Origin: an uncultured virus (IMG/VR IMGVR_UViG_3300025502_000006)
Lineage: Duplodnaviria; Heunggongvirae; Uroviricota; Caudoviricetes
Direction: 5' to 3' (one strand)
IMG/VR virus record: IMGVR_UViG_3300025502_000006
Length of the DNA: 57,673 nucleotides
Both the position numbers and the translations under genes were made by a program. Shown one piece after another: positions 1 through 9,917 of this stretch. Position 1 is the first letter of the stretch. Every line of letters begins with the position of its first letter. The notes beneath the pieces were generated by a model. The model ran no database searches, was not told where the DNA came from, and saw nothing but the letters and a program-made list of their open reading frames with translations.

Positions 1-2262
1 TCCGGTAGTATCTACGTTTCCTGTAGTCGTTACTGAACTTAAAGTGCCGACTGATGTAATATTCGGTTGTGCCGCAGTTGTTACAGTACCTGCTGTAGTT
101 GCTAATGCAACCGTACCTGATACATTTGCTCCTGCTACTGCATTTGCTACTTGAGCAAAATCTACTTCACCTGAAACATTTGCACCTGCTACTGCGTTTG
201 CTGTGGTTGCGAATGCTACTGCACCCGAGACATTTGCCCCTGCTACTGCGTTTGCTGTGGTTGCGAATGCGACTGCGCCTGATACGTTTGCTCCTGCTAC
301 TGCGTTTGCTGATGTAGCACTTGTTGCTAGTGCGACTGCGCCTGATACGTTTGCTCCTGCTACTGCGTTTGCTGATGTAGCACTTGTTGCTAGTGCGACT
401 GCGCCTGATACGTTTGCTCCTGCGATATCAGTTAGTCCTGAACCATCGCCTGTAAAGATACCTGTGTTAGCAGTAATGTTAACCGCAGTTAGTGTTCCGT
501 TGATGCTCAATCCAGATAATGTACCCACTGATGTAATATTTGGCTGTGCCGCGGTTGATACTGTGCCTGATGTAGTTGCTAGAGCAACTGTACCTGAGAC
601 ATTTGCACCTGCTACCGCATTTGCTGTTGCGGCAAAATCTACTTCACCTGAGACATTTGCACCTGCTACCGCATTTGCTGTTGCGGCAAAATCTACTTCA
701 CCTGAGACATTTGCACCTGCTACCGCATTTGCTACTTGAGCAAAATCTACTTCGCCAATAACTTCTGAACCTGCCAGTGATGTTAAGTTTGCGCCGTCAC
801 CAGACACGTATGTAAATACACCACCTGTTCCGTTAACATTGCCTGCTCCAACATTGCCAGTTACAGTTAATGCGGTTAAAGTACCTGTACTTGTTATATT
901 TGGTTGTGCGGCAGTTGTTACAGTAGCCGCTGTCCCTGTCGCTGAGCCAGAAGAACCAGTGATTGAACCTGTAATCGGATTAGTCACTGTTAATCCAGAT
1001 AGTGTACCTACAGAAGTAATAGCAGTCTGTGCCGCTGTACCTAACGTACCGTTTAATGTAGTCGCTGTAACAATTGGAGCTGATAAAATGTTTGTGTCTG
1101 TATCAAATGTGAATGTTGCATCTGCTCCAAAATCACCATCATCATTAAAGATGACTTCTGTGTTTGAGCCAGCTGGCTGTTGAAAATCTACTGGTGATCC
1201 GTTTGCATAATAATAGTTGTCTGTTTTGATACCGGCAATCGCAGTAATATTACCAGTAACATTTAAATAACCTGATGTGCCTACGCCTTCTGCGTTGTCA
1301 GTTGATTCGATTAAGAAAATATTTGCTTTACCCGTAGAACTCCACGTTACAGCGTTTGCACTGTTATCTACTACGGCCCAGTCACATGCGTTTTCGATAG
1401 TTGCAATACCACCTTCCTGAATGTATACGCCATAGTTTCCTATACTTGAACCTGACGCAGTTCCGAATACACCGATGTTGTATCCACTTGCATGTATGTC
1501 TGTAGTGACACCTCTTACGCCTACTGCGGCTCCCGTGTCAGTCGTATCATCAATCGCACCGAGGCCATATACACCAGTACCTTTAGTTGCGCCTGCAGTT
1601 TTACCTATACCGTATACTCCGATACCAGTAATACCAACATCACCTGCATCACCTTGTGCTTCACCAACAAGGCCAATTTGATCACTGAATGTTTTACCAG
1701 TGTTATCTGCTGAGAAAATACCTACTGCGTTTCCAAAGTCAGCACTAGATGCTGATGCACCTGATAGAAGACTTGTTAAAGTACCGACGCTAGTAATGTT
1801 AGTTTGGGCGGCTGTGCCTAGGGTACCGTTTAAGGTTGTTGCTGTTACTATTGGTGCCGCTAAAATGTTTGTATCTGTATCAAATGTGAATAGTGAGTCG
1901 GCACCAAAATTACCGTTATCATTGAAGATAATTTGTGTGTTTGCACCAGCTGGTACTTGTAAGTCCCATGCTTCGCCGTTTGCATAAAGTAAGTTGTCAG
2001 TAAGGACTCTAGTGGTCGCTATGTTTCCTGTAACTGTTAGTACATTGGTTGCTTTATCGAAAACAAATTGTGAGACACCACCTAACGAATCCTCATCATT
2101 AAAGGTGACCTGTGTATTTGTACCGCCAACAGTGGGAAACGATTCAACAGCGCCGCTGTCTGATTTAACTGACAATACATCTGAGTCAGAAAGAAAAATT
2201 GTTCCTTTCCCTGAGGCTGGAGTCGGAACTGACGCCGGCGTATTTTGTTTTAATATTAACAT
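1..2262 (-). CDS. Tail fibre-like repeat protein, partial (3' end runs off the window start; at least 754 codons)
   Basis: Not in the ORF track. Manual translation from the ATG at 2262 gives MLILKQNTPASVPTPASGKGTIF..., and the same frame reads ...AAQPNITSVGTLSSVTTTGNVDTTG at position 1. It shares TDNxxYANG, AGxNTQxxFND and AAQPNITSVGTL motifs with the neighbouring genes. Confidence 0.85.
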   Translation of the reverse strand, partial: MLILKQNTPASVPTPASGKGTIFLSDSDVLSVKSDSGAVESFPTVGGTNTQVTFNDEDSLGGVSQFVFDKATNVLTVTGNIATTRVLTDNLLYANGEAWDLQVPAGANTQIIFNDNGNFGADSLFTFDTDTNILAAPIVTATTLNGTLGTAAQTNITSVGTLTSLLSGASASSADFGNAVGIFSADNTGKTFSDQIGLVGEAQGDAGDVGITGIGVYGIGKTAGATKGTGVYGLGAIDDTTDTGAAVGVRGVTTDIHASGYNIGVFGTASGSSIGNYGVYIQEGGIATIENACDWAVVDNSANAVTWSSTGKANIFLIESTDNAEGVGTSGYLNVTGNITAIAGIKTDNYYYANGSPVDFQQPAGSNTEVIFNDDGDFGADATFTFDTDTNILSAPIVTATTLNGTLGTAAQTAITSVGTLSGLTVTNPITGSITGSSGSATGTAATVTTAAQPNITSTGTLTALTVTGNVGAGNVNGTGGVFTYVSGDGANLTSLAGSEVIGEVDFAQVANAVAGANVSGEVDFAATANAVAGANVSGEVDFAATANAVAGANVSGTVALATTSGTVSTAAQPNITSVGTLSGLSINGTLTAVNITANTGIFTGDGSGLTDIAGANVSGAVALATSATSANAVAGANVSGAVALATSATSANAVAGANVSGAVAFATTANAVAGANVSGAVAFATTANAVAGANVSGEVDFAQVANAVAGANVSGTVALATTAGTVTTAAQPNITSVGTLSSVTTTGNVDTTG
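268..423. repeat. Perfect 63-bp tandem repeat (~2.5 copies) encoding GANVSGAVALATSATSANAVA
   Basis: The unit starting tgcgactgcgcctgatacg recurs at 268, 331 and 394. Confidence 0.9.
593..754. repeat. 54-bp tandem repeat (3 copies, third slightly diverged) encoding GEVDFAATANAVAGANVS
   Basis: The unit cctgagacatttgcacctgctaccgcatttgctgttgcggcaaaatctacttca starts at 593, 647 and 701. Confidence 0.9.
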
Positions 2263-2302
2263 TTTTTATACCCTATTATATTTAAGTTTTTCTTTCTGAA
2301 CA

Positions 2303-2314
2303 TATTTATATTTA
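2303..2314 (-). promoter_or_regulatory. T4-type late promoter (TATAAATA, with a tandem TAAATA)
   Basis: The minus strand reads GATAAATATAAATA about 40 nt upstream of the ATG at 2262; gp55 is encoded in this window. Confidence 0.65.
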
Positions 2315-2338
2315 TCATTATCCACAGATCAACCTTCG

Positions 2339-3898
2339 TTAATCTGGCACATATGTTCCCATTACATTAACACTCGTGCTTGAATTCACCGGCGATGCTC
2401 GCAATAATACATTTGAACCGCTTATCACTGTTGACAACGTGATCAGTTCTGCCGATGTGGTCGATATAGAACCGTATATTGTAATTAGAGGAGTTACTGC
2501 GTCATGTACGAGTAAGACTTCTACTGCCTGATAACCGGTGTTATCTGATATTTTTATTGTATATTTTGCTGATCTATAACTCGAACTCGGGAAGCTGTCG
2601 ATTGTTGTGTTATCTGACCCGACTGATATTGCAGTTCTACTACTATAAAAATCAGCAACTGATAGTGTTGTTGCTTGTAAATTGTCTGCACTAACATTAC
2701 CACGTGCAGTTAGTGTCTTTCCTGAACCACATATTACAACATTTGCCGCTAGTCCTATATTGACATCTGTGATTCCAGATGTGAACATGCCGGCAGTTGT
2801 TGATCCAGTATCTACTGCGATTGTTCCTGCTCCTGCTCCAGTTCCATATTGAACTGTACCAGATGTTGCTATAAAGTTATTACCTTGCACATTAGCTGTA
2901 GCAGTAATCTTGCCAAGAGAAGATAATGTTTGAGTGGCATCATTGAATATTAAATTTGCTGTTGCCCCGAATTCACCATTGTCATTAAATTGAACTTGAG
3001 TATTTGTTCCGGCTGCTGATTCTCCGAAAACTATTGATACGCCGTTTGCGTAGTAGTAATTGTCTGTTTTTATGCCTGAGGATACTACGTTACCTGATGT
3101 GTTTACGACACCAAGACCAGAAACATTAAAAACGTTTGCGTTGCCTGAAACACCCATTATTACTAAGCCATCAGACGCTACTGTTACGTTTGATGTTCCG
3201 TTAGTAATCATTGAAGAGTCAATATCTGTTGATCCGTTGAATGTCCAAGTACCACCATCACCATTAGTAAGAACGAGGCCACCAGAGCCATCTTCAGCAA
3301 GGGTGCTTGAACCTAAGAATATTGATGTGCCAGAAAGATATAAATCGTTCCAACGAGAAGTAGCCGAACCCAAATCGTATGTTACATTAGCACCAGGAAT
3401 TATATTGCCTGTTGGATTTACGTTGCCTGGAATATCTACATTACCAGACACAATATTAAAAGTAAACCCAGTGTTTCCGTAAAATGTACCGCTATTATCA
3501 AAATATATTTGACTAGATGCCGCATTTTGAGAGACACCAATTTCTTCTAGTATTCCGTCAACCTCGAGGATACCATCAATTTCAATTGCTTGAGAGAACA
3601 GTCCTTGAAGGTTGGCACCGACATAATATGTCTCAGCAGGGGCAATGTAATACGGCATCACAGCAGCCGTACCAACGGCTAATCCAGACGTACCAAATGA
3701 TAATGTTCCAGAACCATCGGTGATGATTGATTGGCCAGTGGTTCCTCCTGTAATTGATATGTTGCCTATTGCACCCAAGTTACTAAGTTCAGTGACCGTT
3801 AAGTTGAGGGGAGTAACATTACCTACGTTACTTATTACCTCTACCGGTACTTCAGCTACAGAAAAACCGCCTACAGAATTAAAGGATCGAATTGCCAT
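2339..3898 (-). CDS. Tail fibre-like virion protein (519 aa)
   Basis: G/N/T/S-rich. N-terminal MAIRSFNSVGGFSV motif shared with paralogs, a YDLGSATSRWNDLYLSG fibre motif, and a C-terminal TIDSF...YRSAKY domain of the kind seen in marine myovirus fibre proteins. Confidence 0.75.
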   Translation of the reverse strand: MAIRSFNSVGGFSVAEVPVEVISNVGNVTPLNLTVTELSNLGAIGNISITGGTTGQSIITDGSGTLSFGTSGLAVGTAAVMPYYIAPAETYYVGANLQGLFSQAIEIDGILEVDGILEEIGVSQNAASSQIYFDNSGTFYGNTGFTFNIVSGNVDIPGNVNPTGNIIPGANVTYDLGSATSRWNDLYLSGTSIFLGSSTLAEDGSGGLVLTNGDGGTWTFNGSTDIDSSMITNGTSNVTVASDGLVIMGVSGNANVFNVSGLGVVNTSGNVVSSGIKTDNYYYANGVSIVFGESAAGTNTQVQFNDNGEFGATANLIFNDATQTLSSLGKITATANVQGNNFIATSGTVQYGTGAGAGTIAVDTGSTTAGMFTSGITDVNIGLAANVVICGSGKTLTARGNVSADNLQATTLSVADFYSSRTAISVGSDNTTIDSFPSSSYRSAKYTIKISDNTGYQAVEVLLVHDAVTPLITIYGSISTTSAELITLSTVISGSNVLLRASPVNSSTSVNVMGTYVPD

Positions 3899-3900
3899 TT

Positions 3901-6900
3901 TTAGATAAACCTATATTGCGCTATCCATACGGTAGAGTTAGTGCTAGATGGAGTGACTAATAGTTCTAAGTCACTCCCGTTTAATCCAACTGCTAATGCT
4001 CCACATTGTCCTGTTAAGAACGCTTGTCCATACACTGAGTAGTCTACCGTGGAGCCATCTGTTACTGCTAGTAGAGTAGCAACACTTGTGTTACCAGATA
4101 TGCTGTCTATGCCTTTTACTAAGAACTCTATACCATTAATACCAGATACTGCAAAAGATGCAACTGCTGTCTGTGATGTCGTAGTCGTAGTCACTGTGCC
4201 AGCGGCCAATGTTGATATTTCACTTGCGCCTATATTAACATTGCCTGCTACATTTGCTATGCCACTTACTGACACTGAAGTCAGTGTACCTACAGAAGTA
4301 ATATTTGGTTGTGCCGCTGTATATACTGTACCTGAGACAAGTGCATTTGCTACTTGACCAGAGACATTTGCGCCTGCTACCGCATTTGCAGTTGCGGCGA
4401 ATGTTACTTCACCAGTTACATTGGCTCCGACTACGTTAGATAGTCCGCCTCCGTCACCTGTAATAATACCTGTTGCGTTAAGTGTACCTGTAATATTTGC
4501 GCCAGTTGTAGTGAGAATTAATATGTCACTGTTCCCACCAACACCTACAGTAACGTTTCCATCTTCTGTTGCGATGTTTACATTAGATGTTCCGTTAGAA
4601 ATACCTGATAGATTTAATCCTACGATGTTGCCTGCGGCGATGTTTGATATACCATAACCGTCGCCATTAAAGATGCCGCCAGTAGTATCGATGTTTCCGA
4701 CTGCTACAACTTTTGCACCAGTAGTAATATTACCACCAGATACATTGCCTGTTGCAGATAGAACACCACCTGTATTTAAGTTGCCTGCAGTGGCGTTACC
4801 ACTAAATGTAGCAGAGACACCTGATGCAATAACACCAGTATTAATAGTTAATGTGCCGTCTGTGATTTCTCCGTCTGTAACTAAGTTGCCAGCTGTAACA
4901 TTTCCAGTTACCGATGCAAGACCTGCTGTAGTTACATTGCCACCAGTAACATTACCTGTTGCTAGTACTAAGCCTGCTGTAGTTACATTGCCACCAGTTA
5001 CGTTACCTGTTGCTAGTACTAAGCCTGCTGTAGTTACATTGCCACCAATAACATTACCTGTTACTTCTACTACGCCACCTGATGTTAAGTTTCCGCCGTT
5101 TACGTTACCACTAAACGTAGCAGAGACACCTGATGTTATGATACCAGAAGCAATACTTAGAGTACCGTCTGTGATTGTTCCGCTAGTTGTAAGACTTCCA
5201 CCTGAAACATCTCCTACTGCCGATACAAGACCTGCTGTAGTTAGATTGCCACCAGTTACGTTACCTGTTGCTAGTACTAAGCCTGCTGTAGTTACATTGC
5301 CACCAGATACGTTGCCCGTTGCATCTAAACTTGTGCCTGTTGCCGCCCCAATATTTGGAGTAGTAAACTGTGCAGAAGTTTTAACTACCACGTTTCCACC
5401 TGAAATTGCAGTAGTTATATCATCTACATTAACTGAAAATTCGGTGCCTGTTAGTGTTAGTCCTGCACCTGCTGTGAATGAACCAGCACCCGAGAACTGA
5501 ACGAAGTTAACATCATCTGTACCAATAGTTGTTACTGGATCAGTCATTACCCACCCAGTATCATTATAAACTGTACCTTGTTGAATAAATGTAAAGTCAC
5601 CGCCTGCCATCTCGACTGGGGTATCAAAATCTGTTGCTCTTGTTAGAACAGTAGTGCTTGTATAAGTGTATATACCGTCATGTGCAGAGTCTGCTTCGTC
5701 TTTGATTAAGATTCTGTCTGCGATTGTTAAAGTAACACCGTCAATCACAGTGATAGTAGACCCAGAAATTGTTAATGTCGCGCCAACACCTGATGTGCCG
5801 TTATCGTATGCAACTGTTCCTGATGACATAACTGCTAGAGTTGCGGTTGATGCTACTACACAAGGCTTCTGAATTGACAGACCTTGAGCAATGTCATCTA
5901 CATACTGCTTGGTTGCCGCATCAGTTGATGCTGTAGGAGCTCCTAAGTCTTCAATTTTGAATCCACCGACATGAACTTGACCAGTTCCTGTAGGTCTTAA
6001 TTCGATATAGTCGTCAGACGAACCAGCTGTTAATGTTAAGTTGCCGCCGGATGCACCTGTTATTTGAGAAGTTACGATTGCACCTAATGTTGCTATGCCG
6101 TTTGCATTTAATGTACCGACAATATTTGCGCCGGTGGCTGTTACTGCTACAGTCGTGTTTGCACCTACTGTGATGTCAACGTTGCCGTTATTATTAACTG
6201 TAACATTTGAGGTTCCGTCAATTAACACCCCTGTCAAGTATGTCGCTGAAACCAAGTTTCCGCCAGCTACGTTACCAAATGTGCCATTGCCACTGAATGT
6301 AGCAGAGACACCTGATGCAATAACACCAGAATTAATAGTTAATGTACCGTCTGTAATCTCTCCAGCTGTAACTAAATTACCTGCTGTAACGTTACCAGTT
6401 ACTGATGCAAGACCAGCTGTAGTTAGATTGCCACCAGTAACATTACCTGTTGCTAGTACTAAGCCAGCTGTAGTTAGATTGCCACCAGTTACGTTACCTG
6501 TTGCTAGTACTAAGCCTGCTGTAGTTACATTGCCACCAGTAACATTACCTGTTGCTAGTACAAGACCGCCAGTAAGTAAATTACCACCTGTCACATTGCT
6601 TGTTGCAGTGACATGCCCTGCTACATTTGCGCCTGTGCCAGTAACGACAACTGATGTATTGCCCGCTGATACAATATCAATATTACCGTTATTCACTGTC
6701 GTAATATTTGAAGTACCGTTAATTAATGTACCTGTAAAATATGTTGCAGAGACTAGGTTACCGCCAGCTACGTTACCGAATGTACCATTGCCTGTTGCGT
6801 TCACATATCCTGCTACGTTAATACCAGTACTGGTTATATTTGCTGTTAAATCTCCATCAACATTTAATTGAATGTTACCGTCTTCTGCTGGAATAGAAAC

Positions 6901-7641
6901 ATTAGATGTTCCGTTTTGTATGCCTGTTGCATCGATACCTGATAAGTAAGCACCATTACCATAAAAGTATGATGCTGTTATGTTACCTGAAGTAACAACT
7001 TGACCAGTACCATCTGGAGCAAAAATAATGTTAGCATCAGTAACTTGACCGGTAAGTGTTTGGTTAGTTATGTCTATGTTACCAATTTGAGTATCAGGTA
7101 GAACAGAAACACCAGTTAAACCGATGTATCTGTAACCAACAATGTAAAGAACTTTAGAGCTTGTCAGTGCTGTTGGGATAGTCTCACCAATAAAGTTTAA
7201 AACACCTGATTGATAGTTATAAAAGAATTCACCAGTTCCGCCTGATCCTGCACCAAATATCTGAGTACCTGTTGATGTTGGATCGGCTACGCCGGTATCA
7301 TCTACCCAGACGCCGACTGAATACGTTGATCCGAATTCAGCTGGAATCCAATATGTTAGCCCAGTTTTCCAAGTTGGATAAACTCCGCCAACAGGGACAG
7401 TTGTATTATCTGCTGTACATTCTTGTGCTCCTGTGCCGGTATATGCTGTAACCAAACCAGCAGTCGCGGCTGCTACACCAGGTATTTGACCTGCTTCAGA
7501 CCATAAAGTGTCACCACGTATCAGCAACGGACTTGCTATTGCTTCGTTTGATGGACTTTTATTAGATTCTGTGTCAGTTTTAGTAACACCGAATGCTTGT
7601 TTATATAGTAAATCTACTTTTTGTGAAATTGGTATGCTCAT
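3901..7641 (-). CDS. Long tail fibre-like protein with 17-aa repeats (1246 aa)
   Basis: Arrays of GNVTGGNxTTAGLVLAT and an internal DAATKQYVD...LTRATDFD...FVQFSGAG tail-fibre module. Confidence 0.8.
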   Translation of the reverse strand: MSIPISQKVDLLYKQAFGVTKTDTESNKSPSNEAIASPLLIRGDTLWSEAGQIPGVAAATAGLVTAYTGTGAQECTADNTTVPVGGVYPTWKTGLTYWIPAEFGSTYSVGVWVDDTGVADPTSTGTQIFGAGSGGTGEFFYNYQSGVLNFIGETIPTALTSSKVLYIVGYRYIGLTGVSVLPDTQIGNIDITNQTLTGQVTDANIIFAPDGTGQVVTSGNITASYFYGNGAYLSGIDATGIQNGTSNVSIPAEDGNIQLNVDGDLTANITSTGINVAGYVNATGNGTFGNVAGGNLVSATYFTGTLINGTSNITTVNNGNIDIVSAGNTSVVVTGTGANVAGHVTATSNVTGGNLLTGGLVLATGNVTGGNVTTAGLVLATGNVTGGNLTTAGLVLATGNVTGGNLTTAGLASVTGNVTAGNLVTAGEITDGTLTINSGVIASGVSATFSGNGTFGNVAGGNLVSATYLTGVLIDGTSNVTVNNNGNVDITVGANTTVAVTATGANIVGTLNANGIATLGAIVTSQITGASGGNLTLTAGSSDDYIELRPTGTGQVHVGGFKIEDLGAPTASTDAATKQYVDDIAQGLSIQKPCVVASTATLAVMSSGTVAYDNGTSGVGATLTISGSTITVIDGVTLTIADRILIKDEADSAHDGIYTYTSTTVLTRATDFDTPVEMAGGDFTFIQQGTVYNDTGWVMTDPVTTIGTDDVNFVQFSGAGSFTAGAGLTLTGTEFSVNVDDITTAISGGNVVVKTSAQFTTPNIGAATGTSLDATGNVSGGNVTTAGLVLATGNVTGGNLTTAGLVSAVGDVSGGSLTTSGTITDGTLSIASGIITSGVSATFSGNVNGGNLTSGGVVEVTGNVIGGNVTTAGLVLATGNVTGGNVTTAGLVLATGNVTGGNVTTAGLASVTGNVTAGNLVTDGEITDGTLTINTGVIASGVSATFSGNATAGNLNTGGVLSATGNVSGGNITTGAKVVAVGNIDTTGGIFNGDGYGISNIAAGNIVGLNLSGISNGTSNVNIATEDGNVTVGVGGNSDILILTTTGANITGTLNATGIITGDGGGLSNVVGANVTGEVTFAATANAVAGANVSGQVANALVSGTVYTAAQPNITSVGTLTSVSVSGIANVAGNVNIGASEISTLAAGTVTTTTTSQTAVASFAVSGINGIEFLVKGIDSISGNTSVATLLAVTDGSTVDYSVYGQAFLTGQCGALAVGLNGSDLELLVTPSSTNSTVWIAQYRFI
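4790..5310. repeat. 51-bp coding repeat array B (GNVTGGNVTTAGLVLAT)
   Basis: cctgctgtagttacattgccacca recurs at 4922, 4973 and 5024, with further copies near 5231 and 5282. Confidence 0.85.
6280..6600. repeat. 51-bp coding repeat array A, a near-duplicate of array B
   Basis: Same unit in 4-5 tandem copies, followed in the protein by the same VTGNVTAGNLVTxGEITDGTLTINxGVIASGVSATFSGN block as array B. Confidence 0.85.
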
Positions 7642-7643
7642 TT

Positions 7644-9815
7644 TTAATTACTCGCTGATTCTAGTGATAAGGCAGAAATCGATTGGCCTGATGTTAATGC
7701 GACACGTATGTATATTTCATTAGTAGCTGTACTAGATGAAGATACTGTACCGAAAGTTGCAGTTGTTGATTCGTTACTGACAGAACTATCTGTAGTAACT
7801 GTACCACCTAAAGCACAACCGTCTGAACCGTTGCCCCCTGCACCCGTATTTGCTCCTGGAATTCCTGAGCCTCCATATGCTATTGACATATCTACCCAGC
7901 CATTTAGATTAGATGCTGAGTCAATTGATGATCCAGGTACTGCTACCCAAAGACCTGCCAATGTTCCTGAAAATTTAACATCAAATTTAGAAACTGATGT
8001 TCTGATTACTTTAAAAGTAAAGTACTGTGTTCCTGATCTTCCTGCTGATAGATCAGGTCCTACTGGTAAGAACCCAGCTGAGTAGTCTACTTGATTGTGT
8101 GCTAATACGTCTGCGACAACTGTAGAATCATAAACTTGTAATGTTCCTGATTCACTATCAAATGCTGATGCACTAGCAGAGTAAGAAGGAGTATCGGCTG
8201 ATCCAGGGTTAACAATTCGGTAAGCTAATCCTGATCCTGAACCAACAGTCGATCCGATATAGACGTTTGCTTCTTCAATTCGTGATGAAGAGGAAGCAGT
8301 TCCTGTTTTATAAAGAATAGTGTCGCTAGGCGTGAATGCCTGTGAGCCTGAAGCATAAGAGTTGTAGCACTGCACTGATGGTCCTGCACCGCTTGAGCCG
8401 AATCCCGAAATAACTGAAGCAGTTGTTGATACTGCTTGAGTTCCTGATGCTACTAGTAAGTTCCGCGCTAACGGAGTTGTAACTCCTGCCGTTGCATATG
8501 TTACGCTAGTCGGGCTTCCAAACGCACCGCCACTTGAACCCTGAATGAATGTATCACTTGTTGGGTACATGTCACCAGACAATCTGTTGACAGCAAAAGA
8601 TATTGGGAATACGTTAGTGTTGTTGTAGTGAGGCACAGTTGAACTATATGTGTAACTTGGTGATGCATCTGCGGTGAATACTACAGAACTAAACTGTGGC
8701 GTTCCTGGACTACTTGAATCATAGTACCAATCAGGAGTATTTGTGTCACTTGTTACTGAGTCTGTGATTTGTACTTCGTTCCAACCAGCTGATATACCTG
8801 AACCAGCAGAATCTGCTGTAAAGACTGACCAGAAACCTACCGCTACATTTGAATCTACTTCGTTATAGTCTACGTTGTTTGTAATAATTAAGTTACTATA
8901 TGTGCCATCACCGTCGAGTGATCCTGTTAGTGTTCTTGATCCTGCTGATACACCGTTCAATAACAACGTGATAAGCCCTGAGTCGCCAGGCCCCGAGTTA
9001 GAAATTGCATTTGTTGTATAAGTTGATGTTCTTCGTACTTTGCTTACTGATGATCCACCTGCAACAGATTTACCACCGGTATCTGTATTGTCAGTTTGAG
9101 TGAAGTCTGTCATGCGATATGTAGACAGACTTTGCACTGATAAAGTTTGTGAAGCTGGGAAGTCAGGTGGACTTGATGGAACAAGTTTTCCTAATACTTG
9201 GTTCAATTGCGCAATCGAATTAGAGACCGAAGATGACGTAGTTAATGTCAATGCATTTGAAGTCAAGGAACCCTGAGTCGGAGTACCTAGGGAAACCGCA
9301 ATTGCCCCAGAAGAACTAGGAACTGTAATGATTCCTGATACATTAAGTGTTCCTACAATATTTGCGCCAGTAGATGTAATATTACCAACAGCTACACCAC
9401 CAGAGTTTAGTTCAATGTTGCCACCTGATGTTGCTATACGAACATTAGATGTTCCGTTTTGTATGCCTGTTGCATCGATGCCTGTTAAGTTAGCACCGTC
9501 TCCAAAGAATGCGGTCGCAGTCAGATTACCAGTTAAATCTACATTGCTATTAGTTTTGTTAATGGTGAATGTAGAAACACCACCAAATGACTCAGCATCA
9601 TTAAACTGTATGTTTGTATTTGCACCACCTGGATCTGATAAATCCCAAATAACACCGTTTGCGTAATAGAGGTTGTCTGTTAGGACACCCAGTGCCGCGA
9701 TATTTGCTATAAATGTCGCGCCATTTGTAGTAATGTATCCATTACTAAGTATAATATTTGCGGGCGTTTCTCCGACCGAGAAGCCTGCTACTGAATTAAA
9801 TGCTTTGATTGCCAT
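7644..9815 (-). CDS. Virion structural / fibre-associated protein (723 aa)
   Basis: N-terminal MAIKAFNSVAGFSV and PGGANTNIQFND motifs, a Ser/Thr-rich beta-type C-terminal region, and a GGAGA Shine-Dalgarno plus TAAATA (9843-9848) upstream. Confidence 0.75.
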   Translation of the reverse strand: MAIKAFNSVAGFSVGETPANIILSNGYITTNGATFIANIAALGVLTDNLYYANGVIWDLSDPGGANTNIQFNDAESFGGVSTFTINKTNSNVDLTGNLTATAFFGDGANLTGIDATGIQNGTSNVRIATSGGNIELNSGGVAVGNITSTGANIVGTLNVSGIITVPSSSGAIAVSLGTPTQGSLTSNALTLTTSSSVSNSIAQLNQVLGKLVPSSPPDFPASQTLSVQSLSTYRMTDFTQTDNTDTGGKSVAGGSSVSKVRRTSTYTTNAISNSGPGDSGLITLLLNGVSAGSRTLTGSLDGDGTYSNLIITNNVDYNEVDSNVAVGFWSVFTADSAGSGISAGWNEVQITDSVTSDTNTPDWYYDSSSPGTPQFSSVVFTADASPSYTYSSTVPHYNNTNVFPISFAVNRLSGDMYPTSDTFIQGSSGGAFGSPTSVTYATAGVTTPLARNLLVASGTQAVSTTASVISGFGSSGAGPSVQCYNSYASGSQAFTPSDTILYKTGTASSSSRIEEANVYIGSTVGSGSGLAYRIVNPGSADTPSYSASASAFDSESGTLQVYDSTVVADVLAHNQVDYSAGFLPVGPDLSAGRSGTQYFTFKVIRTSVSKFDVKFSGTLAGLWVAVPGSSIDSASNLNGWVDMSIAYGGSGIPGANTGAGGNGSDGCALGGTVTTDSSVSNESTTATFGTVSSSSTATNEIYIRVALTSGQSISALSLESASN

Positions 9816-9858
9816 GTTAGGTCTCCGAATAAACTATATCTGTATTTATGACATAGGC

Positions 9859-9885
9859 AAAAAAAATGGACCTAAAAGTACCCAA
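9859..9885 (-). terminator. Possible weak intrinsic terminator
   Basis: The minus strand reads TGGGTACTTTTAGGTCCA followed by T8. The stem is imperfect and has the same CTTTTAG loop as the gp23 terminator. Confidence 0.35.
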
Positions 9886-9917
9886 TCTTGCAATTTTTTA
9901 TTGTTATGTGAAGAGGT

